From Formosa sp. Hel1_33_131 (lineage in GTDB: Bacteria > Bacteroidota > Bacteroidia > Flavobacteriales > Flavobacteriaceae): a DNA stretch of 32,000 nucleotides. The translations under genes and the position numbers were made by a program. Below are positions 17,004 to 26,438 of the stretch, piece after piece; the first letter of the stretch is position 1, and the number at the start of each line of letters is the position of its first letter. Under the pieces are notes generated by a model. The model made no database searches. It was not told where the DNA came from and saw nothing but the letters and a program-made list of their open reading frames with translations. Location: the NCBI RefSeq assembly GCF_001735745.1, contig NZ_CP017260.1, positions 1,770,001 through 1,802,000 on the forward strand, given 5' to 3'.

Positions 17004-18301
17004 TAAGCAATGCCTAATTCATCTTTTAGTAATTCTACTTCTTCATCTGAAAGCTCATTGATTTCATCAATCAAATCAGCATCAGTAATATCAGCAGATA
17101 CATCTTCATCTACTAACTCATTATATTTGGATATAACTGTAGCTTTCACTAAAGATTGACCCCAAATAGTAATATTAGCATCTGTACCGCTACCGCCTTG
17201 TGTTTCATCATCAGTAGCGTCTAATTCTTCGGCTTCATTTGTGTCCATAATAAATATTGAATCCACATTATCAAGAACAGGAATAGCTAATGCTTGTACA
17301 CTTGTATTCTCTTTTAATGGATTATTTGTACGGAATAATGAAACTAAAATAAAGTCATCTACTGTGCTATATTCGACATCTTTAACAGGATGGTCCACTT
17401 CGGCTAATTCACCATATGTTAATGTGCCTAGATCTGTTGAAGTTGTAAATGTTACATTTCCTCGTTGCCAAGGTTCTACAGCTACACGTTTACCTCCTTT
17501 TTCAATTTGAACCACTTTATCAATAATGATAATTGTTAAGCCAAATTCCTCAGAAATAAAGTTTTGCAACTCTTCTCTTGTAACTCTAAAGATGTAATCT
17601 GAATTTGTTTTTAAGAATCCGGCAAATGCTTTTTTAACCTGTTCATTGGCTTTAAAAGCATTATAAGTAACCTTATCTATCCAAATGTATTTAAGAACAT
17701 GGCCTGCGTTTCTAGCGTTGGTTAAGATGTTCTCAATATCATCTATTGGTGTTGCAGTTGCTTTATTCCATGCAGCTTTAACTCCAAATTGATTTTTTTC
17801 TGAAATACCAAAGTCGATACGAATACCAGTTCCAGTATTATTTTCATCATCAATTACAGTTACGCCAGTAGATAAGGCTTGTAAGAACATTATGTCTAAA
17901 CGCTCATACACACCTTTGATACCATCTGCAGCATCTTGAAATAGCTTTTTAACCATTTCAGATTCTTTCTTACCTCGTGCTTTCAGGTTCTTTAAAGCCT
18001 GTAACATACTTTCATTAAGAGACTTTAACATCCCTAATTTTGGTACTTCACCTTCAGCAGAACCGTAAGAACCACGTTTTTTAGGTGAAAGAGGTGAGTC
18101 TAAAGAGACTACATCTGCAGCAACTACATTCGTATTAGTTGAAAGAGATTGCCACTTCATGTCTGTTGAAAAATCCTTTTTCAGATACTTTTTGTGTTCG
18201 TACTGAATTTCCTCAGATTTATCATTTACTTTTTCTGTGATTTTCTTTGCTAAACTTGGAAAATATTTAGCAATTAATCCTTGAAATATTGAAGCTACCA
18301 T
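17003..18301 (-). CDS. major capsid protein
   Basis: 432-aa gene following the scaffold and a small decoration-like gene (lambda Nu3-D-E-like order). It has an acidic C-terminal tail. No motif was checked. Confidence 0.7.
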   Translation of the reverse strand: MVASIFQGLIAKYFPSLAKKITEKVNDKSEEIQYEHKKYLKKDFSTDMKWQSLSTNTNVVAADVVSLDSPLSPKKRGSYGSAEGEVPKLGMLKSLNESMLQALKNLKARGKKESEMVKKLFQDAADGIKGVYERLDIMFLQALSTGVTVIDDENNTGTGIRIDFGISEKNQFGVKAAWNKATATPIDDIENILTNARNAGHVLKYIWIDKVTYNAFKANEQVKKAFAGFLKTNSDYIFRVTREELQNFISEEFGLTIIIIDKVVQIEKGGKRVAVEPWQRGNVTFTTSTDLGTLTYGELAEVDHPVKDVEYSTVDDFILVSLFRTNNPLKENTSVQALAIPVLDNVDSIFIMDTNEAEELDATDDETQGGSGTDANITIWGQSLVKATVISKYNELVDEDVSADITDADLIDEINELSDEEVELLKDELGIA

Positions 18302-18302
18302 C

Positions 18303-18674
18303 TTATTCGTTTATAATTGTTACTCGGTTAATACTCGTTTTCGCTTCTGTAGGTATTGGATATTTACAATAAGCTTCGTTTACAGTTCCTGCGTACATAA
18401 TAGCTGCTTGTGCATTTTCAACACTTAAAGAAGCTACTAAATACCCTGCATAGTCATGTCCTGCTGGCTTTGTGCCGTCCACAGGTAAGGGCTTGTATTT
18501 GCCAGTTGCAGTTTCTTTAATAATTACATGACCTGCCGATATCTCACTATCTGGGAATCCTGTAACATTTAAAGTTCTACCTCCTGGCAAGCCATCTAAA
18601 TTTTGCACAATTACAACACTATCATTTGTAGTGTTAACTGTACCATTGTTTTTACTTAAATTTGCTGTTGCCAT
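18303..18674 (-). CDS. head decoration-like protein
   Basis: 123-aa beta-rich ORF between the scaffold and the capsid. Assignment is by position. Confidence 0.45.
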   Translation of the reverse strand: MATANLSKNNGTVNTTNDSVVIVQNLDGLPGGRTLNVTGFPDSEISAGHVIIKETATGKYKPLPVDGTKPAGHDYAGYLVASLSVENAQAAIMYAGTVNEAYCKYPIPTEAKTSINRVTIINE

Positions 18675-18690
18675 TTTTTAAATTTTAATG

Positions 18691-19377
18691 TTAAATTCCT
18701 AAGCCTTCTACTAATTCACCAACTTCTTCGTCTGATACTTTTTTATCAGAAGGACCGCCTGATGGTAGTCCACTTCCTGCGTTTTCTCCGACAAATGTTT
18801 TGTACAACTCCTGTTGCTCTTCTTCTAAAGCCTTAACTTGCTTTTCAATTGAGACATCACCTTCAATAACTCTAGATGCCCATTTAGTTTTTAAACTATC
18901 TGGTAATTTAGAATCCTTTAAAGCTTCGGTAACTTTTTCAGAAAACTCTGATTTCTTGTTACCGTTTTCAATTTTTTCAAGCCTTTCTAATATAGCTTTA
19001 GCATAATCAGGTGTGTTATCATCTTCTGCAGAGTTTGATTCTTTACCACCCTCTTTTTTTGATTTCCCACCTTTCTTTTTAAGGAAGTTATCTAAACCAG
19101 TTGCAATACCTTTGGTAACTTTTCGATCATGTTCACTTTGTAATGTTTTTGAAAAGTCTAAAACTTTATCAAACCCACTTTCTTGAACAAACTCTTCAAA
19201 TGCTTCTGATTTTAATATTTCCTCGAAGTCCAGTACATCATCGTCTGATGATTGAGATGTTTGCAATTGATTAACAATGTCATCGATTTGGTCTTCCGAA
19301 GTAATGTTGATTAATTCTGCAAGCCCCTCGTTAAGCCCTGCTTTTTTGAGTGCTTTTTTGAGTTTCTTTTTTAGCAT
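18691..19377 (-). CDS. scaffolding protein
   Basis: 228 aa, highly charged (K/E/D-rich) and predicted helical. It lies immediately upstream of the capsid genes. Confidence 0.65.
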   Translation of the reverse strand: MLKKKLKKALKKAGLNEGLAELINITSEDQIDDIVNQLQTSQSSDDDVLDFEEILKSEAFEEFVQESGFDKVLDFSKTLQSEHDRKVTKGIATGLDNFLKKKGGKSKKEGGKESNSAEDDNTPDYAKAILERLEKIENGNKKSEFSEKVTEALKDSKLPDSLKTKWASRVIEGDVSIEKQVKALEEEQQELYKTFVGENAGSGLPSGGPSDKKVSDEEVGELVEGLGI

Positions 19378-19449
19378 AATACTTAATTTTATTATTGTTA
19401 GTGATAAAAGTATATATGCTCTGTAAAGTGATAAAGGAATTACAATAGT

Positions 19450-19788
19450 TTAGTCCGTAGCTTCCTTTAATAAGTCTTTTTGAACTGTTTTTGTAGATGC
19501 AAATATCATTTCTGAAAGATTTATAAAAGCTTCTTTTACTGAGAGGTCATCTTGAGTTTTTACAAAATACCATTCAACAAATAGTTTTCTTTTTTCTAAT
19601 AGTCTTTTATTTCTTTGCATCTGTTCCAATTTTTTATTCAGTCCATTCTCTTTTACGTAATTATCAAACTCGATATGTAACTGATACATCTCTTGAAATT
19701 CAATAAACATTTCTTCAGGAGAAATACCTAAATCATTTTTTTCAATATAACTTTCTGCCTTTTCAATTATGTTACTCTTTAGTCTCAA
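19450..19788 (-). CDS. hypothetical protein
   Basis: 112-aa helical, charged ORF. It overlaps the 3' end of the MuF-like gene by 17 nt. Confidence 0.45.
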   Translation of the reverse strand: MRLKSNIIEKAESYIEKNDLGISPEEMFIEFQEMYQLHIEFDNYVKENGLNKKLEQMQRNKRLLEKRKLFVEWYFVKTQDDLSVKEAFINLSEMIFASTKTVQKDLLKEATD

Positions 19789-20818
19789 TTAATGCCTGTT
19801 TTAAAATGTAACCGTCTTTGGTTTGCTTAAAATTATCTTCTATGAAATATGGTTTACTTTTTAGTTTACTCAATTTTTGAAAATCTTTTTTCAAATACTT
19901 TTTTGCTCTTTTTGGAATTGATTTAACTGTTCTCTTAGCGCTTATCTTTTCACCTCGCAATTGCTTTATAAATTCCTCTTTTGGTAATAATTTAGAAGTG
20001 GTAAAACACAAACAGTTAGGGTGCCAACCAGTAAAGACAAATTCTTTAGGGTATTCGCCTTGCAATTCGTCACATATATCATACTGCGGATGTGCAGGGG
20101 ATAGGTGCACTTCAACACCAGTTACAAAAGACAGTTGCTTTCTACGTTCATTATCTGCTGTTCGATAAGCGATATTTATTTCATTTCTAGCTAACCTCAA
20201 AGCATTCTTATAGCTACTTCTATAAACACCACGACCAGGACGGTAATCTTTTGCAGGATTACTTAATTTTAGTTTTCCTGTTTCTTTATCACGGATCCTG
20301 CGAAACCTTTTTTCGGGTTCTCTTAAATATCTTTTTATGTCAGTTGCTAATTTGACAGCTGACCGACCTTCTGTTAATCCTTCGGCTATAAAGTATTCCA
20401 ACTGCTCTCGTGTCTTGGCAGTTAAATTCCAAACTCTATCAGATAATTGAAATCCATTTTTACCTCGTTGAATAAATGAGGTTAAAGCTTGTATATTTCG
20501 TTGGTAAAAAATGTCTTTATCAGTAATTTCAATTCCTTTTAAATAACCATCAACAAACGCATCATTATGATTGTTGGATAAATCCCAAGCATCTTTCACA
20601 TTATTGGAAATATAACCAAGTACAACTTTTTGATACTTTTTAAGAACTACATCAACTTCTTTTCTAACTGCTACATTTTTAAACCAGAGTTTTGAATTGT
20701 TATGCACCTTGTACTTTTTTAGCACAATAGCAAGCTCTCTTGCCATAGCAGAATAGATACGGCTTAATGACCTATCTTGTTTAATGAGTAATTGAAGTAG
20801 TTCTTTGTGATTAGGCAT
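19772..20818 (-). CDS. minor head morphogenesis protein (Mu F / SPP1 gp7 family)
   Basis: AEGLTEGRSAVKLATDIKRYL, NEINIAYRTADNERR and the C-terminal WHPNCLCFT are the motifs I associate with this family. Confidence 0.75.
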   Translation of the reverse strand: MPNHKELLQLLIKQDRSLSRIYSAMARELAIVLKKYKVHNNSKLWFKNVAVRKEVDVVLKKYQKVVLGYISNNVKDAWDLSNNHNDAFVDGYLKGIEITDKDIFYQRNIQALTSFIQRGKNGFQLSDRVWNLTAKTREQLEYFIAEGLTEGRSAVKLATDIKRYLREPEKRFRRIRDKETGKLKLSNPAKDYRPGRGVYRSSYKNALRLARNEINIAYRTADNERRKQLSFVTGVEVHLSPAHPQYDICDELQGEYPKEFVFTGWHPNCLCFTTSKLLPKEEFIKQLRGEKISAKRTVKSIPKRAKKYLKKDFQKLSKLKSKPYFIEDNFKQTKDGYILKQALIETKE

Positions 20819-21089
20819 GTAATGAATGAAGTGCTTTTACTCTTTCTACAAATTCATTAAAACCTAACTCACCATTTACAATAGTTGTATCATTTGTTTT
20901 TGCTTTAAAATCGTGCTTAATTAATTCCGATAGCTTGTGATTTTTATAACCATAGGCTACTAATAATACGTCATCTGTTTTGTTGATTACTACATGAGAA
21001 TCGAAGCCTCTATTTTTTAAAATAGTAGCGATGGCTTTTTCGTTTTTGTTCTCTTTTACCGTTTTTTTGTTTTCCTGTTTAGTGTCCAT
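20811..21089 (-). CDS. hypothetical protein
   Basis: 92-aa ORF that overlaps the MuF start by 8 nt. Confidence 0.45.
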   Translation of the reverse strand: MDTKQENKKTVKENKNEKAIATILKNRGFDSHVVINKTDDVLLVAYGYKNHKLSELIKHDFKAKTNDTTIVNGELGFNEFVERVKALHSLHA

Positions 21090-21090
21090 T

Positions 21091-21342
21091 TTATTTTGAT
21101 TTTATGAATATTGATTTTGTACAATCTAGCCATACTGGAGGTTGTGTTTCGCCACTATGTACACCTAGCCATAATTTTCCGTGAAAAAGAAATTTAAGTC
21201 TTTCCCAAAAGGATGTGGTCCATAATGAAATACATTCGCCTCTTTCTGTTTGCAAAACATATAGACTTCCGCATTCTTCATCAGTCATTGATGTTGGCTT
21301 TTTTAGTTCGATTGTAGCTTGTTTAAATTTTTTAGGTTTCAT
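21091..21342 (-). CDS. hypothetical protein
   Basis: 83-aa ORF (…DEECGSLYV…ISLWTTSFWERLKFLFHGKLWLGVHSGETQPPVWL). No function recognised. Confidence 0.45.
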   Translation of the reverse strand: MKPKKFKQATIELKKPTSMTDEECGSLYVLQTERGECISLWTTSFWERLKFLFHGKLWLGVHSGETQPPVWLDCTKSIFIKSK

Positions 21343-21696
21343 TTAGTAAAGATTTTTAATTAAACTTATCGGATTAACTCCAAACTCTCCATCGACAGAT
21401 GGCTTATAAGGTTCTGTTTCACATACTAGCCTAGCAGTTACCTTTTTTCTATTACCGCCAATCATCAGCACTATATCAGCATCATAAACGGTTGGCATGA
21501 ATTCTTTTATTTCAGTAACCTTGAAAGACTTTAGCCTACTAGGATTACTTCCTTTGATTGTAAGAAGTTTTTTAAACTGTTTTTTGGAATGCTTGGATTT
21601 CCACGTTTGTTGTGTTAATTCATACATTCCAGTAAAGTTGTTAGACTTCCAAGTATTTAGAAAGTGTTCTATTATTGCTTTAGCTTTATCCTTCAT
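21343..21696 (-). CDS. hypothetical protein
   Basis: 117-aa ORF that abuts the next gene with no spacer. Confidence 0.45.
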   Translation of the reverse strand: MKDKAKAIIEHFLNTWKSNNFTGMYELTQQTWKSKHSKKQFKKLLTIKGSNPSRLKSFKVTEIKEFMPTVYDADIVLMIGGNRKKVTARLVCETEPYKPSVDGEFGVNPISLIKNLY

Positions 21697-21898
21697 CTAT
21701 GCCTAATTTTACTAGTACATTTTGTTTTGTAGTTAATTCAAAGTCATAGGCGCTAACCTCATAACCATTACTTGAAACCTCAATTACTATTCCTGTACTT
21801 CTAATAATAATTCCAGTAACAATATGTTTCTTTTGCTCTTCATCAGTTTTAAAAAATACTGTTTGACCAATGCTAAAAGGGATTTTTAATTCTTTCAT
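21686..21898 (-). CDS. hypothetical protein
   Basis: 70-aa ORF. Its ATG (21898..21896) overlaps the TGA of the upstream 59-aa ORF. Confidence 0.4.
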   Translation of the reverse strand: MKELKIPFSIGQTVFFKTDEEQKKHIVTGIIIRSTGIVIEVSSNGYEVSAYDFELTTKQNVLVKLGIDEG

Positions 21899-22074
21899 TT
21901 CATTTTACATCTTTTGGTAGAAGCGTATGTTTTTCTTCCATTGTACTTAAACTTCTTTCTGTAAACTATCTTCAAACCTCTCTCTTTGTTTATTTCGTTG
22001 AATACCTTCTTTAAAGGCTTTTTACCAAACAAAACCCATTTAAGTTTTATAAATATTATTTTAATCCATTTCAT
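21895..22074 (-). CDS. small very basic protein (59 aa), not in the supplied ORF track
   Basis: My own translation is MKWIKIIFIKLKWVLFGKKPLKKVFNEINKERGLKIVYRKKFKYNGRKTYASTKRCKMK. The ATG lies 2 nt after the portal TAG. The stop forms an ATGA overlap with the next gene. The ORF fills an otherwise empty 178-nt gap. Confidence 0.5.
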   Translation of the reverse strand: MKWIKIIFIKLKWVLFGKKPLKKVFNEINKERGLKIVYRKKFKYNGRKTYASTKRCKMK

Positions 22075-22076
22075 AA

Positions 22077-23456
22077 CTATTCTACTGTATCGCCTAATTC
22101 TAAAACAGATTCTTCTTCAATATTTGACATCTCTTCTTCAACATCTTCAACTAAAGGATTTTGTGCTGTAGCTGTTTTTTGGCTCATTATTGGTTTGCCA
22201 CCTGTAGCCTCAGATAGTATCTCAATTACTTCCTTAATATTTTCAGGCAACACACTCGTAAATGTTACATCGATGCGTAAATCTTCAAGCTTTTTAGATA
22301 ATCCAGTATTTGTGATATTAGTAATACCAGTTTTCATAAGATTGATTATTCTACTAATAGCAATTTGATAATCACCTTCACCTTCTTTAGCGTTTAGAAT
22401 AGGTCCTAAAAACATAAGTTTTAAGGCTATGCCCGATATATTTCCTATACCCTTAACATTGTCAAAGGATAAGTCTGGAGTGTCTGTTAGACCGTAGATA
22501 AGACCTTTGTTTGTTTCAAATTCTAACTTCAATGCTTCAGGAGCTCTATCCCAACTAATCACATCAAGGTCAGATTGTATCACATTACCTTTATCAGTTT
22601 CAATGATGTCAAGTTTTACTAACTTACCTGTATCATCTTTCTTTGGAAAAGACTTCAATGCTCCAGTAGCTTTATACATTGGAGATGCGAAATAACCATT
22701 GGTGTCTACAAATTTTGAAAAGGACATCTCAAACGTATCTATCATTTCTTGTACTTCCCACCATTCAGGATGCTTCTGTGATAAATAAACAACTGGAATC
22801 TTTTTAAATAGATTAGGCTTCGGATAGCCTTCTGATACTTCCCACTCCTTAGATTCTTTTCTAAAAACATAATTCGTTTCTGCTGTGAAAATGTACAGAT
22901 ACGAAACATCCTTATCATCTTCCTTTGTTAAATATTCCCAACCAAAGGCGACCATATCGCCAAAGGCATCAAATACAGGATATACCTTTCCGTTTTCACT
23001 TGTAATTAGCCTAGCCTTTATTTTCGTTTCAGTATCGCCTTCCTTTTTTACAGGATAGAAAATAATTGATGCTTCTGTTTCTGACTTAACAGCTTTACAA
23101 AATTTTAATAGCATAGGGTCTATTCTTAAATCATCCCATAAATCTGAAATAGCTTTGAAAGCTTCGCCATCTTCTGTGGTATCTTCTTTTGATTTTCTTT
23201 CAACCAACTTTACTGAACTACCAAATAAAAAGGTTGCTGCTGTTTTAACAATCTGCCTTTGAAAAGGAATAGGAATTCTAGAGACTCTTACATCTCCATC
23301 CTTAGTGGTTTTTATTGGTCGTTTACCTACTTGAGTTTCTCTAATCTCACGATTATTATTAAACTCTTTAGCATTATTTTCTACACCTTTTTTAGGCGTT
23401 AGAAGTTCGTATGCTTCTTTAATACTTCCGGATTTAATTAATTCTAAGAATTTCAT
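22077..23456 (-). CDS. portal protein
   Basis: 459-aa gene directly downstream of the large terminase, with an acidic C-terminus. The order is SPP1-like. Confidence 0.75.
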   Translation of the reverse strand: MKFLELIKSGSIKEAYELLTPKKGVENNAKEFNNNREIRETQVGKRPIKTTKDGDVRVSRIPIPFQRQIVKTAATFLFGSSVKLVERKSKEDTTEDGEAFKAISDLWDDLRIDPMLLKFCKAVKSETEASIIFYPVKKEGDTETKIKARLITSENGKVYPVFDAFGDMVAFGWEYLTKEDDKDVSYLYIFTAETNYVFRKESKEWEVSEGYPKPNLFKKIPVVYLSQKHPEWWEVQEMIDTFEMSFSKFVDTNGYFASPMYKATGALKSFPKKDDTGKLVKLDIIETDKGNVIQSDLDVISWDRAPEALKLEFETNKGLIYGLTDTPDLSFDNVKGIGNISGIALKLMFLGPILNAKEGEGDYQIAISRIINLMKTGITNITNTGLSKKLEDLRIDVTFTSVLPENIKEVIEILSEATGGKPIMSQKTATAQNPLVEDVEEEMSNIEEESVLELGDTVE

Positions 23457-23466
23457 TTTATTATGT

Positions 23467-25986
23467 TTAAAACAGACCTAAATCGTCTGCGTTTGCTTCT
23501 GTTTCGTGTACTACTTCTGTGTTTTCTTCGATTTCGATTATTCCAGTTAATGTGTCTTGAGCATCATCAAAATCATTTGCACTAAATATTTTTTTATACT
23601 TGGTTACGTGTTTATAAAATACTGGCCATCTAATATGCCAATCACTAGGAAACACCACCTCATTATTCACACTTGCACTATTGCTATATATTCTAGCCTC
23701 CTTATTATTCGATTGATGAAACCAAAATATATTTACTCCTTTGTTTACAAGCTTCTCTAAATTTCTTGCAAATCCTCTACCGCCGCCATTACTTTCAATA
23801 TTGACTTTGTTGACATTATTTCGGTTTAACATTTTAGCAGTCAAAGGCTCTGTGATTTCCATTCCTTTTTGAGTGTACAATACATCAATCACATACTTGT
23901 GAGGATCTGTACTAGCCAATGGAACACCATACACAATGCTACATAGATAATCTTTGCCTGAATCTGCTGTATCAGTATAATTCTTAATAATTTTCAAGTC
24001 TGGTAAATCCTTGTAAGTTTTAAAATTATTACTATAAAGAAGCCCCTCTTTATTTTGCGGATTACCTTGATACAAACAATCAAACTTATCAGGGTCTTTT
24101 ACTCTTGAGCTTTCATGTTTTTTCTTGGAATGTTTATCTGGCCATAGCGCATCGCCTTCCTTTCTTGGGTCAAACTCTGATAGTTTACCTTCTTTTAAGG
24201 CTTGAAAATTTATAAGCAAAAACTTATCATCTAAATTCTTAATAACTTCTTCTAAGTCTTCGGTACCATCATAAACAACTACCAACCCTAATTCAATTAG
24301 TTTCGCAATAACATCTTGGTCACTCCAACGTGTAAATGTGATAAGCTGTTGAGAATCATTATGCAATCTTGAATCTGCTACTGTTAAATACCAATCCCAT
24401 ACAGACCTTTGAGTTACTGGCGAATTAGCATCTTTCCAGCCTTTGTATAGATCATCAAGAATTAATACATCAACAGTATCTCCAGTTAATGGACCATCTA
24501 CACCTACAAACTTCATAGAACCATCAGAATTGATAGATTCCCTTTCTATGTTGGTGTTAGATTTTGCGCCTGTATATCCTCTTTCAGGGTATTTGGTGTT
24601 AGGAAATATATCTTTATACTCCTTTTCACGCATTATGGTCATTATCTCTCTACCAAACTTCTGTGCCTTTGTTGCTGCATAACTAACTACTGCTATTTTA
24701 TCATCAGGTCTATATCCTGCTAAAAATGACGGTAATCTTCGAGTACTACCTTCACTATTATGAGTAGGAATTAAATTCCTACCCACCAAATAAACACCAC
24801 CTTCAACAGTAATACATTTGCCTTTTTTAGGTTTCACTTTTTCAATAGAAATAATACCTCGTTTTCTTTTTAAAGGATTTTTTAATATTATTTTCTTTCT
24901 GTCAATTGCCGTAGGTATTTCAATGTCTGGATTAAAAGATAATTGATAAACTTTATTTCTTCCAATAATTCCACTAGTGCTAACAATTGGTTCAAACTCG
25001 CATATTGTAGTTCTAAACCCTAGACTTACACAAATATCTTTCACATCATATATTAGCCTTTTGTTTATATTTGAAAACGTTACCCTTCCATTGTTTAGGT
25101 AAACGTATCCATCACTATCAATCAATCCCGCTAACAATTCTAGTCTATCATTTACTGTTGATAGTTTGTATTCTAAAGGAATGTGCTTAATATCTCCTTT
25201 TGGATGCGCAAAATTGATTTTTTTAAAAGATTGAAATGTATCTCCAAAAAATCTACTAGTTATTACACCTGTATCTTTATGAACTGAAAACGATGTTTTC
25301 TTATAGCCTAAAGAAATAATTTTATCAATTGATTTATAATCATCAAAATGATGTGTTATTGTTGGTGCCGAAACTTGACCATCTCCAAGCCATAGCCCTA
25401 AAAAATAGGGGTGTATTGTCAATTCCTTTTTATCAAATAAGACCAAATAATTTGAATCTACTTGAAATCTACATCTCTTTTTGAAAGTTCCTGAAAAATA
25501 TTTTTGCGAAAATAAATATTGTGTTTCGCATTTTATTTCTCTTCCTTTAGATCTATCAAAAACAACCCATTCATGTTGGGCATGACATTGTATTTTTTGC
25601 CCATCTGTAAAGGTTATTAAAAATTCACAATCTGGTTTATCGCTCTTGTTTAAAACATTTAACACTTTGGTTGGTTTTCCAAATCTATCAAAAACAAAAT
25701 CACCTCTTTTTAGATTTCCGTGCTGTTTAAATCCTTTTGTTGTTAAAACCAAGACAGAGTCAATAATTTTTTTCCCGTGTTGCGGTGGCATTGTTACTAT
25801 AAGGTTTTTTATTTCCTTATGTGCAAACCGATTTAATATGTCATAGAACGTTTTATGAAACCACTCGGGCTTAAACTTTTTAAATGTTGTTTGAGTGAAC
25901 TTGAATAAATCATCTTTACTATTATCTACATCTTCCTGGTATAGCAGTTGTTCAAGTTCATATATTTCTTCATTGCTCAGGCTCAT
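23467..25986 (-). CDS. terL: terminase large subunit, interrupted by an in-frame intein
   Basis: Extein sequence IVTMPPQHGK|SEGSTRRLPSF restores a P-loop (GKS). VDVLILDD is Walker B-like. The C-terminal half looks nuclease-like. 839 aa in total, of which 338 aa are intein. Confidence 0.85.
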   Translation of the reverse strand: MSLSNEEIYELEQLLYQEDVDNSKDDLFKFTQTTFKKFKPEWFHKTFYDILNRFAHKEIKNLIVTMPPQHGKKIIDSVLVLTTKGFKQHGNLKRGDFVFDRFGKPTKVLNVLNKSDKPDCEFLITFTDGQKIQCHAQHEWVVFDRSKGREIKCETQYLFSQKYFSGTFKKRCRFQVDSNYLVLFDKKELTIHPYFLGLWLGDGQVSAPTITHHFDDYKSIDKIISLGYKKTSFSVHKDTGVITSRFFGDTFQSFKKINFAHPKGDIKHIPLEYKLSTVNDRLELLAGLIDSDGYVYLNNGRVTFSNINKRLIYDVKDICVSLGFRTTICEFEPIVSTSGIIGRNKVYQLSFNPDIEIPTAIDRKKIILKNPLKRKRGIISIEKVKPKKGKCITVEGGVYLVGRNLIPTHNSEGSTRRLPSFLAGYRPDDKIAVVSYAATKAQKFGREIMTIMREKEYKDIFPNTKYPERGYTGAKSNTNIERESINSDGSMKFVGVDGPLTGDTVDVLILDDLYKGWKDANSPVTQRSVWDWYLTVADSRLHNDSQQLITFTRWSDQDVIAKLIELGLVVVYDGTEDLEEVIKNLDDKFLLINFQALKEGKLSEFDPRKEGDALWPDKHSKKKHESSRVKDPDKFDCLYQGNPQNKEGLLYSNNFKTYKDLPDLKIIKNYTDTADSGKDYLCSIVYGVPLASTDPHKYVIDVLYTQKGMEITEPLTAKMLNRNNVNKVNIESNGGGRGFARNLEKLVNKGVNIFWFHQSNNKEARIYSNSASVNNEVVFPSDWHIRWPVFYKHVTKYKKIFSANDFDDAQDTLTGIIEIEENTEVVHETEANADDLGLF
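24757..25770 (-). mobile_element. intein with LAGLIDADG homing endonuclease (class-3-type WCT signature)
   Basis: Residues K73..N410. Block A is KIIDSVLVLTTKG and block B is DGQKIQCHAQHEWVV. The LAGLIDADG motifs are YFLGLWLGDGQV and LLAGLIDSDGYVYL. Block F is KGKCITVEGGVYLVG and block G is NLIPTHN, followed by the +1 Ser. Confidence 0.8.
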
Positions 25987-26383
25987 TTGCTTTTTCTAAT
26001 AACTCTTTTAATCTTTTAGCTCTTTCCTCTTTTGTCATATCAGGAAACTGCGGTAGCTCAACTTCTAAAGATTGTTTAGGTTTGCCCTCAATTCTGTCTA
26101 AGACGATGTTAATCGCTCTTAAATCTCCATTCATAGCTTTTGACAATAAAGTAGTAGCCACAACCTCATTCAAAGTAGTTTCGCTTTCAATTTTACCTTT
26201 CTTGGTTTTTGTTTCACCACCTTTGGTAACTTTGATTTCATACTCCACGCTTTTAGCTTCGCCAAACTCTCTTAAAAATTCAGATATAGATTTGCCTTTC
26301 TTACCTCTGTTTTTAGGCTGATTGGTTGAGCTAAAACGAGTTGCTTTACCATCTTCTGCTAAATTTGGATTACCTTTTCCCAT
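25970..26383 (-). CDS. terS: terminase small subunit candidate
   Basis: 137-aa ORF that overlaps the terL start by 17 nt. The basic N-terminus (GKGNPNL...STNQPKNRGKKGK) resembles small-terminase N-termini. Assignment is mostly by position. Confidence 0.55.
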   Translation of the reverse strand: MGKGNPNLAEDGKATRFSSTNQPKNRGKKGKSISEFLREFGEAKSVEYEIKVTKGGETKTKKGKIESETTLNEVVATTLLSKAMNGDLRAINIVLDRIEGKPKQSLEVELPQFPDMTKEERAKRLKELLEKANEPEQ

Positions 26384-26438
26384 TGCCGATATTTACCGAT
26401 TTTACGGCTTACATCAGAATACTAAAATGTAGAGTGTT

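Noticed and set aside
25768-25773. Canonical class 1 intein boundary with Cys/Ser at intein position 1.
   Set aside because: The junction reads GKK-IIDS. Moving the boundary to find a nucleophile would destroy the GK[ST] P-loop in the spliced product. The WCT residues fit a class 3 mechanism instead.
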